A stretch of DNA of 64,000 nucleotides from Cyanophora paradoxa CCMP329 (Eukaryota; Plantae; Glaucophyta): positions 131,166-195,165 of the forward strand of contig QPMI01000085.1 of assembly GCA_004431415.1 (NCBI GenBank), given 5' to 3'. Each line of letters starts with the position of its first letter. Position 1 is the stretch's first letter. This document shows positions 40,247 through 49,050 of the stretch, in pieces. The translations under genes were made by a program, and so were the position numbers. The notes under the pieces were generated by a model that was not told the origin of the DNA, searched no databases, and saw nothing but the letters and a program-made list of their open reading frames with translations.

Positions 40247-40545
40247 GTTACACGACTTCGTCTGTCTGTTACACAGAATTTGAGGCTGTGTTACACAATT
40301 ACGTCGGACTGTTACACAAGAGTCTAGCTTCTGTTACACAGATCTCAAGCGTACGTTACACAGTTTTGTATGGGAAGGGACTCGTCCGACGACTTCAGAA
40401 GTAAAATTGAAGGATGGATCTGGGGCCTTCACACGTGGATCTGTGTAACACGCGTGGATCTAGCTGTGAGAGACGGGGCGGCAGGCGGGGGCCCGTGTAA
40501 CACAGCCGCGGGCCCTGTGTAACAGTCGGACGAGGGGCGTGTAAC
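40247..40545. repeat. Iteron-like array: six GTTACAC then four inverted GTGTAAC heptamers
   Basis: GTTACAC at 40247, 40268, 40290, 40311, 40333 and 40355. GTGTAAC at 40443, 40495, 40517 and 40539. Confidence 0.9.
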
Positions 40546-42351
40546 AGGCCTGGGCCTGACCTCGGCCTAGCTAGCACTCACTCAACCGGACCCCGTTGAG
40601 CGCCCTAGCCTAATAGGGTACAGGCCCGGCAGGTGGAGGGGAGCCGGCCTAGTCCCGTCGGTCCTGGGCTCGAGCTCCAGTCTCTAGGCCCGGCGCCGCC
40701 GGCGGCCGCAGTGCTAGCTAGCCTGGGTTTAGAAATTTGTGGGACGGCCGTGTGCATCCACGTGTTCGAGGGTGATTGGTCGACAAAAAAACGTGTCTGA
40801 GCTTCAGAGTCTGACGGTCCACGAACCGCCGGTGGCTACTAGTACGGTACGTAGTAGTGCTAGCTGCGCTGGTACTACCGGTACCGGCGGTACGTACGGC
40901 AGGCGTTGGTACTACTAGGTTACTCGGTACTAGAGTCGGTAGCTAGCTGCCAGTAGTAGCTGGCCCACCCAGGCCCGGTGGTCTAGTGGCTAGTAGTGGG
41001 CTAGTACTAGGCTGTGCTAGGCCGCTGCGGCCCGCCGGGCTGCTAGGCTGTGCCAGCTATAGCCGCTGAGCGGCCTAGCACCGAACTACGGTGCTACGGT
41101 AGTGCGGTGCACAGTGCAGCGCCGGTAGCCGCGCGCCTGCCAGAGTCCGGGAGTCCGCACTGCTCAGCCTGGCAGTGCTCGCTGAGCTCGGAGTCGGTGC
41201 TGTCGACCGTCGGAAGTCAGTCTCAGGGCCAGCTGCGCGCCGGGCCGACGCCTGCAGCGCTGCGCAACCGGTGCATTGCTGCGGCCTTGAGCTCTCTGCA
41301 GCTGCAGCCCGCTCGATTCGGCGAGCTTGCAGAGGCCAGCGCGTGTCGTAGCCTCGTAGACTGCCCGTAGAGGCATTGCACCGGAACCGTACGCACTGTG
41401 ACGAGAGCCGTGCATCGTGGCCCGAGCAGCCCCATGTCGACGCGGCTGCCTCGCCCGTGTACGAGTGTACGTGCGCCCCCGGCCCGGCCCGCGTCCCGAG
41501 TCCCGAGCCACGCAGCCTACGCCTTCTAGCTGCCGGCGCGGCCCCGATTGGAGGCTCTCTCGACGCCCGACTGACGCCGCCTTGCGCAGGCCCGATCGCC
41601 GCGGCCGCCGGCCTTCGGAGCTCTCCGAGTCTGACCAGCGCTCGAGCTCTCCCGACCCGCGGTCTCTTCAGGTGCGCGCCCGCTGTTCTCGCCCCGCGCT
41701 CGCTCTTGCGGTGCTGTACTAGCCGCGCTGAACCGCTCCGGAGCCGCGGCCCGTTGCTCCGGCCCTCGGCTGAAACTCGGGCCTCGCAGTGCAGGTGCAC
41801 CCGAGAGTCTGGTCCTGCGCATCCCGGGGGCCCGCGCTTGCAAGCTGCGCACGTCCCACGTGCTCTAGATACGCTCTAGCGTTCCAGCGCGCTGGCCCGG
41901 CGCTCCCGGGCCCCGATTTCGGCTCCGCCCCCGCGCCCCCGACCTCTTCGCCCGCCTAGCTAAGGCCCGCCCGCCGGCGCCTGGCCCGGATCTCTGCTCA
42001 GCGCGACGCAGGGCCCATGGGGCGGGAGGCCGCCGCTGGCCCAGCGGTCAGGGCGCCGTCCTTGGCCCCGGTGAGTGCGCCCGCCGCCTGCCTTGACCCC
42101 CGACCTGAGCCCCTTTTGCAGGGCGCTGGGCTCTCCAATCGCGCCACTCGCCCTTTCCTGCCCCGCCCCGCCACGCCCGCCCCGCCTCGTGTGCGCTATA
42201 GCTAGCTAACCCTGCCCCGCGCCGCAGAGGGTTCGTAGCGGAGGGCTCGCAGGCTGCGGCGCCAGTGCTCAAGACGGAGCCCGAGCCCTGCAGACGCAGA
42301 CGTCGAGATGGCGGAGGCCAAGGCGCCCGGCTCCCCTGCCCCTCGCTCGAG

Positions 42352-43008
42352 TCACTGTGTTTTTTCAAGGCCACTCAAACTACGCATCTGTACACATGGC
42401 TGCCTGCAAGTTCGTGGGAAGGGGGTGCGCCTTAGGAGGGCGGGGAGGGTGTCTGGAATCGGCAGTGCCGGTATCGCCTGCGCCGGGATCTCATTCAGAA
42501 CAGCATGGCGTCCATGATGCTCCAAGGCGAGAATGTTGTAGCACTGAGCTGCTTCAATTTCTGTTTTGAAGTAGAACTCTTTCACTTTCTTCGGGGCCAC
42601 CTTTATTTTGGCCGCCCAGAGTTTCTCTCGTTTCCGGAAGCCCACACCCTTGAACTTCGAGGTGAATTCACGACCAGCTGGTGCACGTGTCTTGGCTCTG
42701 TTCCTGCAGTTTTCGGATTTAGTGACAAACTCTAGGTTGCTTTTCCGATTGTCGAGCTTGTTTCTGTTAATGTGGTTCGTTTCTTTTCCTGCAGGCGGCT
42801 TGCCCATGATGAAATGATGAATCAGCACGTTTCGATGTTTTCCTTCTCCGTTCCATTTCATGTATGCCTTTGCGTAGCCCAGGTAGTTGACGCTCCAACC
42901 ATGTTTCGACACTCGCTCGTAGTCCTCGGCATCGATGAGCATGTGCAGGCCCTCGCCATGTTTGCCTGATAATTTCACCTCTATGCAGTTTCCGGCTGTT
43001 CCCTGCAT
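42352..43008 (-). CDS. HNH endonuclease fused to AP2-like DNA-binding domain
   Basis: LIDAEDY...IHHFIM...NHINRNKLDNRKSNL...SENCRN (HNH_3-type), then TSKFKGV...WAAKI...FKTEIEAAQCYN...A (AP2). Confidence 0.9.
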   Translation of the reverse strand: MQGTAGNCIEVKLSGKHGEGLHMLIDAEDYERVSKHGWSVNYLGYAKAYMKWNGEGKHRNVLIHHFIMGKPPAGKETNHINRNKLDNRKSNLEFVTKSENCRNRAKTRAPAGREFTSKFKGVGFRKREKLWAAKIKVAPKKVKEFYFKTEIEAAQCYNILALEHHGRHAVLNEIPAQAIPALPIPDTLPALLRRTPFPRTCRQPCVQMRSLSGLEKTQ

Positions 43009-43076
43009 CTTTGCTAGAGCTTAGAAAAAAGTCTGCAGACACACTGGCAGTTTTTCTAAATTCAGACATCGAAACC

Positions 43077-43268
43077 ATGGCCTTCGCTGACTCCTATCCC
43101 AACCACTACACCCTTGGAGCCCTCGCCGCGACCCTCACCTGGCTCCTCGGCGGCACCCCCACGGCCTCGGCGGTCATAGGCGTGGGCTTTGGCTATGCCG
43201 CCAAGTCCCTCTACGCCCCCGGCGGCGCCTCGCAGGCCGCGGCCGGCATGCGCCCCGCCGGGCGCTAA
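43077..43268 (+). CDS. Small viral hydrophobic (membrane) protein
   Basis: 63 aa with two Gly/Ala-rich hydrophobic segments; upstream tttttctaa motif. Confidence 0.6.
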   Translation: MAFADSYPNHYTLGALAATLTWLLGGTPTASAVIGVGFGYAAKSLYAPGGASQAAAGMRPAGR

Positions 43269-43362
43269 CATTTCAAAGTTCATTCTCCCCTCCCCCTTTC
43301 CGAGTTCCAAGTCCGTTGGCGTTCCCTTTTAAATTTTCTTCATTCTCGTTACACGTTCGAAG

Positions 43363-43842
43363 ATGTCGAGCGCGGTAGAGAAGCTGCTGTGCACCGTGTT
43401 CAAATCGGATTCGCGATGCAGCAAGATCGGCGAGGCGGCGAGGGCTAAGGGCGGGGCGGCGGCGGAGGGGCCCAGGGTGAAGGCGGCAGATCCCGCGCCG
43501 CCGTCGCTGAAAACGATCAAGGGGGCGGGCAAGGGCAGGAGCGTGGGGGCGCTGCCCCTCGTGGCGATCGCGCCGGGGCAGAGGGAGGCGGCGCACGCGG
43601 CGACGGCGGCGCTGGCCGCGCGGCGCCAGGCGGAGGCCTACCCGTGCCTGGGCCGGGGGCTGCACCCGCCGGCCGGCCGCCCCTACGCCGTGAGCGCCTA
43701 CTTCGACGAGGCCAACCGGCTGAGCTGCCAGGAGCTGTGCGACAACCGCATGCGGCGCGCCGTGGACGGGCACCTGCCGCTGCTGGTGGCGCTGGGCGGC
43801 TCGCTCCTGATGGTCTGGTACCTGCGCGGCCTGGTCATTTAG
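43363..43842 (+). CDS. Viral protein with C-terminal TM helix
   Basis: Intronless, 159 aa, ending LPLLVALGGSLLMVWYLRGLVI. Confidence 0.6.
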   Translation: MSSAVEKLLCTVFKSDSRCSKIGEAARAKGGAAAEGPRVKAADPAPPSLKTIKGAGKGRSVGALPLVAIAPGQREAAHAATAALAARRQAEAYPCLGRGLHPPAGRPYAVSAYFDEANRLSCQELCDNRMRRAVDGHLPLLVALGGSLLMVWYLRGLVI

Positions 43843-43879
43843 ATAGTTTTTCGAAACCTCGGTTGGAAGCTAGCCAAGG

Positions 43880-44206
43880 ATGAGCTGGCTTGATGCGCTG
43901 CTCACGAAGACCTTCGGCCCCAAGGGCCAGCCGCGCCTGCAGTTCGGCGAGATCAACGCGGCGATTGGCGCCACGGTGGAGACGAAGAACCGAGAGAACG
44001 TCCTGCGCGGCGACGGAGGCGCGTGGGCCGACATTGCGGCGGGCGCCCTGGGCTCCGCGCTCACCGCACCGGGCAAGGCGGGCCGCGCGCTGACGGACGG
44101 GGCCGAGCGCTTCTGGCACTGGCTCAAGGTGGCCGTTGTCATCGCCGCAGCGGTTGTGGCGGGTCTCCTGGTGCTCGAGGCTCGCGCGCTATTTTCTAAA
44201 CGCTAG
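43880..44206 (+). CDS. Viral protein with C-terminal TM helix
   Basis: 108 aa ending WLKVAVVIAAAVVAGLLVLEARALFSKR. Confidence 0.65.
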   Translation: MSWLDALLTKTFGPKGQPRLQFGEINAAIGATVETKNRENVLRGDGGAWADIAAGALGSALTAPGKAGRALTDGAERFWHWLKVAVVIAAAVVAGLLVLEARALFSKR

Positions 44207-44222
44207 GTAAACTGAGCGAACC

Positions 44223-44600
44223 ATGCCCCGCGGCGGCTCTTCCCCCCGTGTTTCCTTCGCTGAGAACCCGGTGGCGAACGCAGTCGCCCCTACCCCCCTG
44301 GAGCCCGGAGTGAAGCTGGAGCGTGCGAACGCAGTCTCCGTCAAGAAGGCCAAGCGCGCGCTGGCGCTGGAGGTCCCGGTCGCGGAGGATACGGAGAAGG
44401 TTGCATTCAACAAGCGCAAGACGTACAAGGCGATACGCGAGGGACAGCTGCTGCCCACGGACTCGGTTCCCGGGCTGCCGGGCACCACGGCCGGCGAGCT
44501 CCTAGTGCGCAACCTGCGCCTGCAGTACGTCTCCCGCCTCCGCCGCTCCAAGGCCAAGAAGGCGCGCCTGGACTCGGGCGATAGCAGCTCTAGCTCGTAG
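44223..44600 (+). CDS. Viral basic hypothetical protein
   Basis: 125 aa, Lys/Arg-rich; upstream attttctaaacgcta motif. Confidence 0.6.
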   Translation: MPRGGSSPRVSFAENPVANAVAPTPLEPGVKLERANAVSVKKAKRALALEVPVAEDTEKVAFNKRKTYKAIREGQLLPTDSVPGLPGTTAGELLVRNLRLQYVSRLRRSKAKKARLDSGDSSSSS

Positions 44601-44627
44601 GGCTCTGTACTGTTGTATTCAATGCCT

Positions 44628-44912
44628 TTACCAGTTCCTGTTCCTATCCCAGAGCACGACTCGGGTGAAGGGCACGGTCATAGCGAACATGAACTCGGCG
44701 AACTTTGCAAAGTTCATCAGGGTTCCCAGGCGGGGATCCTCCCAGTAGATCGCCTCGCGCAGCGCCTCGTAGATGCGCATGAGGGAGCGCTCGTTCTCCG
44801 TCGCGAAGGCGTCGCCGGGCTCGTCGGGGTCGGGATCCGTGAGCTCGGAGTACTCGTCCGAGCTGCCCGCGCTCTCGGCGCCTGCGGCGGGGTCGGGCGA
44901 GGGGTCGGGCAT
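44628..44912 (-). CDS. Viral small protein with acidic N-terminus
   Basis: 94 aa, tightly packed with neighbours; upstream ttttctg motif. Confidence 0.6.
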   Translation of the reverse strand: MPDPSPDPAAGAESAGSSDEYSELTDPDPDEPGDAFATENERSLMRIYEALREAIYWEDPRLGTLMNFAKFAEFMFAMTVPFTRVVLWDRNRNW

Positions 44913-44938
44913 TCTCTACTAGAAGAGGGACCAGAAAA

Positions 44939-45280
44939 TCACGGGCGCCGGAACTCCATCGAGTCGCCGCGCCAGTACTTGTTGCCGGAGGCGAGCAGCT
45001 TCATCGGCTCGCCCGTCGAATCGTGCTTCCAGGCCTCGCCGTCCCAGAGGGCCGTGCCGCCGTCCTCTAGCTTGAGGCGGTGGCCCGGCTCGAGCCGGTT
45101 GCCGTCGAGCATGCGGCCGGCCATGAGCGCCAGGTCCCACTCGGTGAGGTTGCGCTGCTCTGCGGGGGTGAGGCCGCGCTCGACGCGCTCGGGCTGGCGC
45201 GCCTCGCGCTCCATGCGGCTGAGGCCCACCAGGAAGAAGATGGGCAGCGCAAAGGCCATGAGATCTAGCAGGGCCTCCAT
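44939..45280 (-). CDS. Viral protein with N-terminal TM helix
   Basis: Starts MEALLDLMAFALPIFFLVGL; upstream ttttctaagtccct motif. Confidence 0.65.
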   Translation of the reverse strand: MEALLDLMAFALPIFFLVGLSRMEREARQPERVERGLTPAEQRNLTEWDLALMAGRMLDGNRLEPGHRLKLEDGGTALWDGEAWKHDSTGEPMKLLASGNKYWRGDSMEFRRP

Positions 45281-45291
45281 TGAGGAGGGAC

Positions 45292-45579
45292 TTAGAAAAG
45301 GTTCCGGACCAGGCCCGAGAGCTGCGGGCCCAGGCGCCGGGCGGCGTAGTAGAGCGCGGCCGCCGCCGCCGCAAGGATCAGCAGGCGCGGCGGGCCGCGC
45401 GCCGGCTCCTCCAGGGTCAGGTCCACGGTCTCCGGCCCGCGCGCCGGAGCCGCCAGGATCTCGGGCTCGGAGCAGAGGGACTTGGGCCCGCGGCGGCGGC
45501 GCTGCTTGGGCGCCGAGGCGGCGGCGGTGAGAAGGTCCTCAGGCTCCTGCTTGATACCTGCGCAGTCAGCAAAGTCCAT
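45292..45579 (-). CDS. Viral small protein with C-terminal hydrophobic helix
   Basis: MDFADCAG...LLILAAAAAALYYAA; abuts the next gene. Confidence 0.5.
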   Translation of the reverse strand: MDFADCAGIKQEPEDLLTAAASAPKQRRRRGPKSLCSEPEILAAPARGPETVDLTLEEPARGPPRLLILAAAAAALYYAARRLGPQLSGLVRNLF

Positions 45580-45647
45580 GCTTGCTGGGTACCTTGGAAA
45601 ATTGTGGGAGGCGTCCGGAGTGTGCGAACGTAGCTCCAATGGGATTT

Positions 45648-46312
45648 GCGTCATTTACGTCCGCGTCATTTACGTCACGGAGTTTGCCGGCGACTCGGGA
45701 CTCGGGCCCAACTTCTCCCGGTAAGTTCGAGACTTGAACTCGGCGGGGGTACCCCCCGGTGTCCTAGTGTCCTAGTGTCCTAGTGCTACTAGCTAGGTGG
45801 TATCGATATCTAGCTAGCTAGCGCTAGCGCTTGCTTAATTAATTAACCTGAAGGGTCGCGTCATTTACGTCAGCGTCATTTACGTCACGGAGTTTGCCGG
45901 CGACTCGGGACTCGGGCCCAACTTCTCCCGGTAAGTTCGTCACGACCAGTAGCTACTAGTACCGCTAGTACTACGTAGTACTACTTAGTACTACTTGGTA
46001 CTACTTAGTACTACTAGCTTAGTACTAGTAGCCACCGATACTGGTACAGCTTTTATAGATTTAAGCATTCATTCAATGTGAATAACGATAATAGTAATAA
46101 TAATAACGATAAGTAATAGGGATACCCTATTTTTCCAAGTCTCGAACTTACCGGGAGAAGTTGGGCCCGAGTCCCGAGTCGCCGGCAAACTCCGTGACGT
46201 AAATGACGCTGACGTAAATGACGCGACCCTTCGGTAACCTCCGCAACCCTTCAGGTAAATGTCAGGTAACTTCAGTTGAGTTAATTAAGCAAGCGCTAGC
46301 TAGCTAGATATC
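45648..46312. repeat. Non-coding repeat hub: ~85-bp unit in two direct copies and one inverted copy around an AT-rich spacer
   Basis: gcgtcatttacgtc(c/a)gcgtcatttacgtcacggagtttgccggcgactcgggactcgggcccaacttctcccggtaagttcg at 45648 and 45858, inverted at 46136-46232. Partial inverted copy at 47065-47102. Confidence 0.95.
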
Positions 46313-46739
46313 ACAGCTCTACCTTGCCCAAGTTGATGGTATCTAGCAGGGCCTGCTCCTCCAAGTCTGCACCGCCGCCGCCGCCCAGCGCTAGCGCTAG
46401 CTCGATACCGCCTCCGGCCTTGATCTCCCTTGGCTCCAGCCACCTGAGGGGCTCAGGCCACCTCCTCCTGGTGAAGCCGGTATCGTTGCTCTTGTCCAGC
46501 TTGAGGTAGCGGTAGGGCGCCGGCGCCGGCCAGTCCGGCCTGTGGCCGCTTGCCTCCTTGGCTATGTCCTTGGGCCTACGCGGTCGCAGGTCCGCCTTGG
46601 CCTTCGCCCTCTGCAAGGGGCCCAGCGCCTTGAACTTCGGTGCCTTGGTCGCCGGCAGGGCCTTGGGCTGGGGCTTCTGGGGCTTTTGCGTCTTCACCGC
46701 CTTGGGCTTCTGCGTCCTTGGCTGCTTCGATTTCGGCAT
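46311..46739 (-). CDS. Viral Lys/Pro-rich basic protein (possible DNA-condensing protein)
   Basis: Starts MPKSKQPRTQKPKAVKTQKPQKPQPK; upstream ttttctca motif. Confidence 0.55.
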   Translation of the reverse strand: MPKSKQPRTQKPKAVKTQKPQKPQPKALPATKAPKFKALGPLQRAKAKADLRPRRPKDIAKEASGHRPDWPAPAPYRYLKLDKSNDTGFTRRRWPEPLRWLEPREIKAGGGIELALALGGGGGADLEEQALLDTINLGKVEL

Positions 46740-46977
46740 ACTTCTTGCTCATAAATGAGAAAAGCGCCTCAAAGTCTGCCTTTATCTGCTCCTTGGTCCA
46801 GGATGTCATCTGATCCGGGTCACCTGAGAACGGCGCATCGAACGCCACGTGGAGCGATTTGCAGGCCTGGGCAATCATTGGCTCGGGCCATGCCAGCTCG
46901 ATCAGCTGAAGGTAGATGTTGAGGGCCTTGTCGAGCTTGGCGCCCTGGGAGACCAGCTGGGAGATGGCGGGCTCCAT
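46576..46977 (-). CDS. Viral hypothetical protein (3' end overlaps 46311-46739 in another frame)
   Basis: Kozak-like accATGG at 46977; upstream ttttctga motif. Confidence 0.55.
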   Translation of the reverse strand: MEPAISQLVSQGAKLDKALNIYLQLIELAWPEPMIAQACKSLHVAFDAPFSGDPDQMTSWTKEQIKADFEALFSFMSKKYAEIEAAKDAEAQGGEDAKAPEAPAQGPAGDQGTEVQGAGPLAEGEGQGGPATA

Positions 46978-47237
46978 GGTGGGTAGACTAGCATCAGAAA
47001 ATGGCGCCAAGTTTGAATCTATTTTTTTACTACTTGGCGAGGGCTGGGCCCGGGACTCGGGCCCAAACTCCGTGACGTAAATGACGCTGACGTAAATGAC
47101 GCCGAATTTTCAAGTTGCCCTCACATGAACCTCAGCTGAGCGCTCACCTGACCCTCACCTGAACGGCCTCTATAAGCACGCGGCACGCGGCGTTCCCCTC
47201 ACACTCTCAATCTCTCTCAACGCAACCAGCAAGCACC

Positions 47238-47711
47238 ATGGCCCTTGTTGCCCAGTTCTTCGTCGAGGAATACACCGTGCGCGTGATCGGCGAGCCCATT
47301 GACCGCGAGGTGGAAGTTCTCAAGGACGGCAAAGTAGACGACTGCAAAGACTGCCCCGGTAAGATCCTCCTCATGAAGCTCTCCGACGATGGCTTCTCCT
47401 TCACCCTGGTCTCCTGCGCCAAGACCCAAACCGGGCAGACGGCCTACATCGTGACCTTCTCCGCGGGGCGCCTGAACTGCACGCATGTTCAAGTACCCGA
47501 GTGGGCCTCGTTCTGTGCGGCGATCTCTCCCTCAGGCCGCTCCCTCGCCTACACATTCTTTGAGGGGTATCAGTGCAACATCTGGGTCTTGCGGAGGCAG
47601 ATGGGCTCCCTCCAGATGAAGGTCGATCAGCTGCACCAGCAGTGCGGCTACCCCTTTAGCCTTGACGATAGGATGATTTCCTTTGATCTTGATGGCTCTG
47701 TATCCCTCTGA
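47238..47711 (+). CDS. Viral hypothetical protein
   Basis: 157 aa, C3-rich codon bias, TATAA at about 47171, accATGG context. Confidence 0.65.
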   Translation: MALVAQFFVEEYTVRVIGEPIDREVEVLKDGKVDDCKDCPGKILLMKLSDDGFSFTLVSCAKTQTGQTAYIVTFSAGRLNCTHVQVPEWASFCAAISPSGRSLAYTFFEGYQCNIWVLRRQMGSLQMKVDQLHQQCGYPFSLDDRMISFDLDGSVSL

Positions 47712-47819
47712 AATTGAACGCGTGTTTTCTGACTTCGTCTGAAGCTCACCTGACGCGGGGCCTTAAGAGGGGGCACGGGGCCTCGGTTCCTCACACTTTA
47801 ACCGTAAGCCAACGAGAGA

Positions 47820-48101
47820 ATGTGCGCCCCCAAGTACTTCACCTGCTGCCTGACCTTCGGCATCTTCGAGTACGAGGCCATGGAAGAGAATCTGGACGAG
47901 AACGGCGAGATCTGCTTCAACTACTGCAGGCTGCTTCGCAACATCTCGCTGGAGTGCCGCAAGGGCGACTGCTTCCAGCACATCATGCTCAATCCCGCCA
48001 AGAACGAGATCACGCTGTACGCCGTCGCCTGCCCCAGCGCCAGATTTAGACTCTCGAATATTCGCGTAGCCGCGATCGAAGCCCTTCCCCCCCCCCAGTG
48101 A
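47820..48101 (+). CDS. Viral small Cys-rich protein
   Basis: 93 aa with strong codon bias. Confidence 0.6.
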   Translation: MCAPKYFTCCLTFGIFEYEAMEENLDENGEICFNYCRLLRNISLECRKGDCFQHIMLNPAKNEITLYAVACPSARFRLSNIRVAAIEALPPPQ

Positions 48102-48215
48102 GACAAATTGAACACGTGTTTTACCTGAATCACCTGAGCGCTCAGCTGAAGTCAGGTGGGGCGCCCTTTAAATATTTTCTAGCGCTAGGCTGATCGCACA
48201 CTAAGCTCAGACAAC

Positions 48216-48998
48216 ATGGCCACCGTCCGCAACGCCAACGAGATCGACCCCGCCAAGCTCGCCTTCGAGATCGACGCCACCGGCCGCATCAAGGCCAAGT
48301 ACGACGGCCTGCAGGGCCTCATGATGTACGCGCCGCCCATGGTCACCATCAACCCCTGCATCAACACCGAGCAAGGCAAGGCTTGGAGCGACGAGAAGAA
48401 GGCCTTCGTCATGGAAGAAAACGGCGGATTCTACACGCTGGACCTCACCGATCTCAGCGCCGTCGACGGCCAGACGAACCCCGCCGCGGACGAGTTCCTC
48501 AAGCTGCTCGAGGCCCTGGACGCGAAATTCTGCGAGTTCGTGCAGCAGAACCAGGCCAAGCTCAAGGTCTCGCCCGGCCGCGCCCTCTCCAAGGACCAGA
48601 TCTCGGTGCTGCAGACGCCCAGCGTGCGCATCAAGGTCGACAAGGAGTCGGGCCAGGCCTTCTACAAGTACCTCAACATGCGCATCCGCACCCAAACGAT
48701 GGCGGGCAAGCGCAAGACCATCCCCGTCGTCGACATGTCCAACTACCTCATCACCGAGCGCGCCACCATCGGCACCGGCGACCTGGTGGCCGCCCTCGTT
48801 AAAATCGACACCGCCTACGCCATCCCCGAGGGCAAGTTCGGCCTCAAGTGGTCCTTCCTCGCCGTGCAGCAGTGCAAGGTTGGCGCCTTTCGCTTCGCAG
48901 GCCGCACGCCCGAGCTGGCCTTCAGGCCCTACGACAACGAGGCCAGCTTCGAGCCCTACCTAAACCCCGAGTCTATGTACACCGCCCCCATGCAGTAG
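48216..48998 (+). CDS. Putative NCLDV/T7-type OB-fold single-stranded DNA-binding protein
   Basis: Layout resembles viral SSBs: YTLDL...FLKLLEALDAKF...PSVR...YLNMRI...IGTGDLV...KFGLKWSFLAVQ, with an aromatic/acidic tail. Recognised by pattern only. Confidence 0.65.
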   Translation: MATVRNANEIDPAKLAFEIDATGRIKAKYDGLQGLMMYAPPMVTINPCINTEQGKAWSDEKKAFVMEENGGFYTLDLTDLSAVDGQTNPAADEFLKLLEALDAKFCEFVQQNQAKLKVSPGRALSKDQISVLQTPSVRIKVDKESGQAFYKYLNMRIRTQTMAGKRKTIPVVDMSNYLITERATIGTGDLVAALVKIDTAYAIPEGKFGLKWSFLAVQQCKVGAFRFAGRTPELAFRPYDNEASFEPYLNPESMYTAPMQ

Positions 48999-49050
48999 CT
49001 CGGACGAATAAATTGTGAATTTTTGGTGCAATTGATACACGCGTTTACAT

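Noticed and set aside
40247-40545. Possible mini-CRISPR or tRNA cluster
   Set aside because: The repeat is only 7 bp with about 15-bp spacers and switches orientation; no cloverleaf or A/B boxes are seen.
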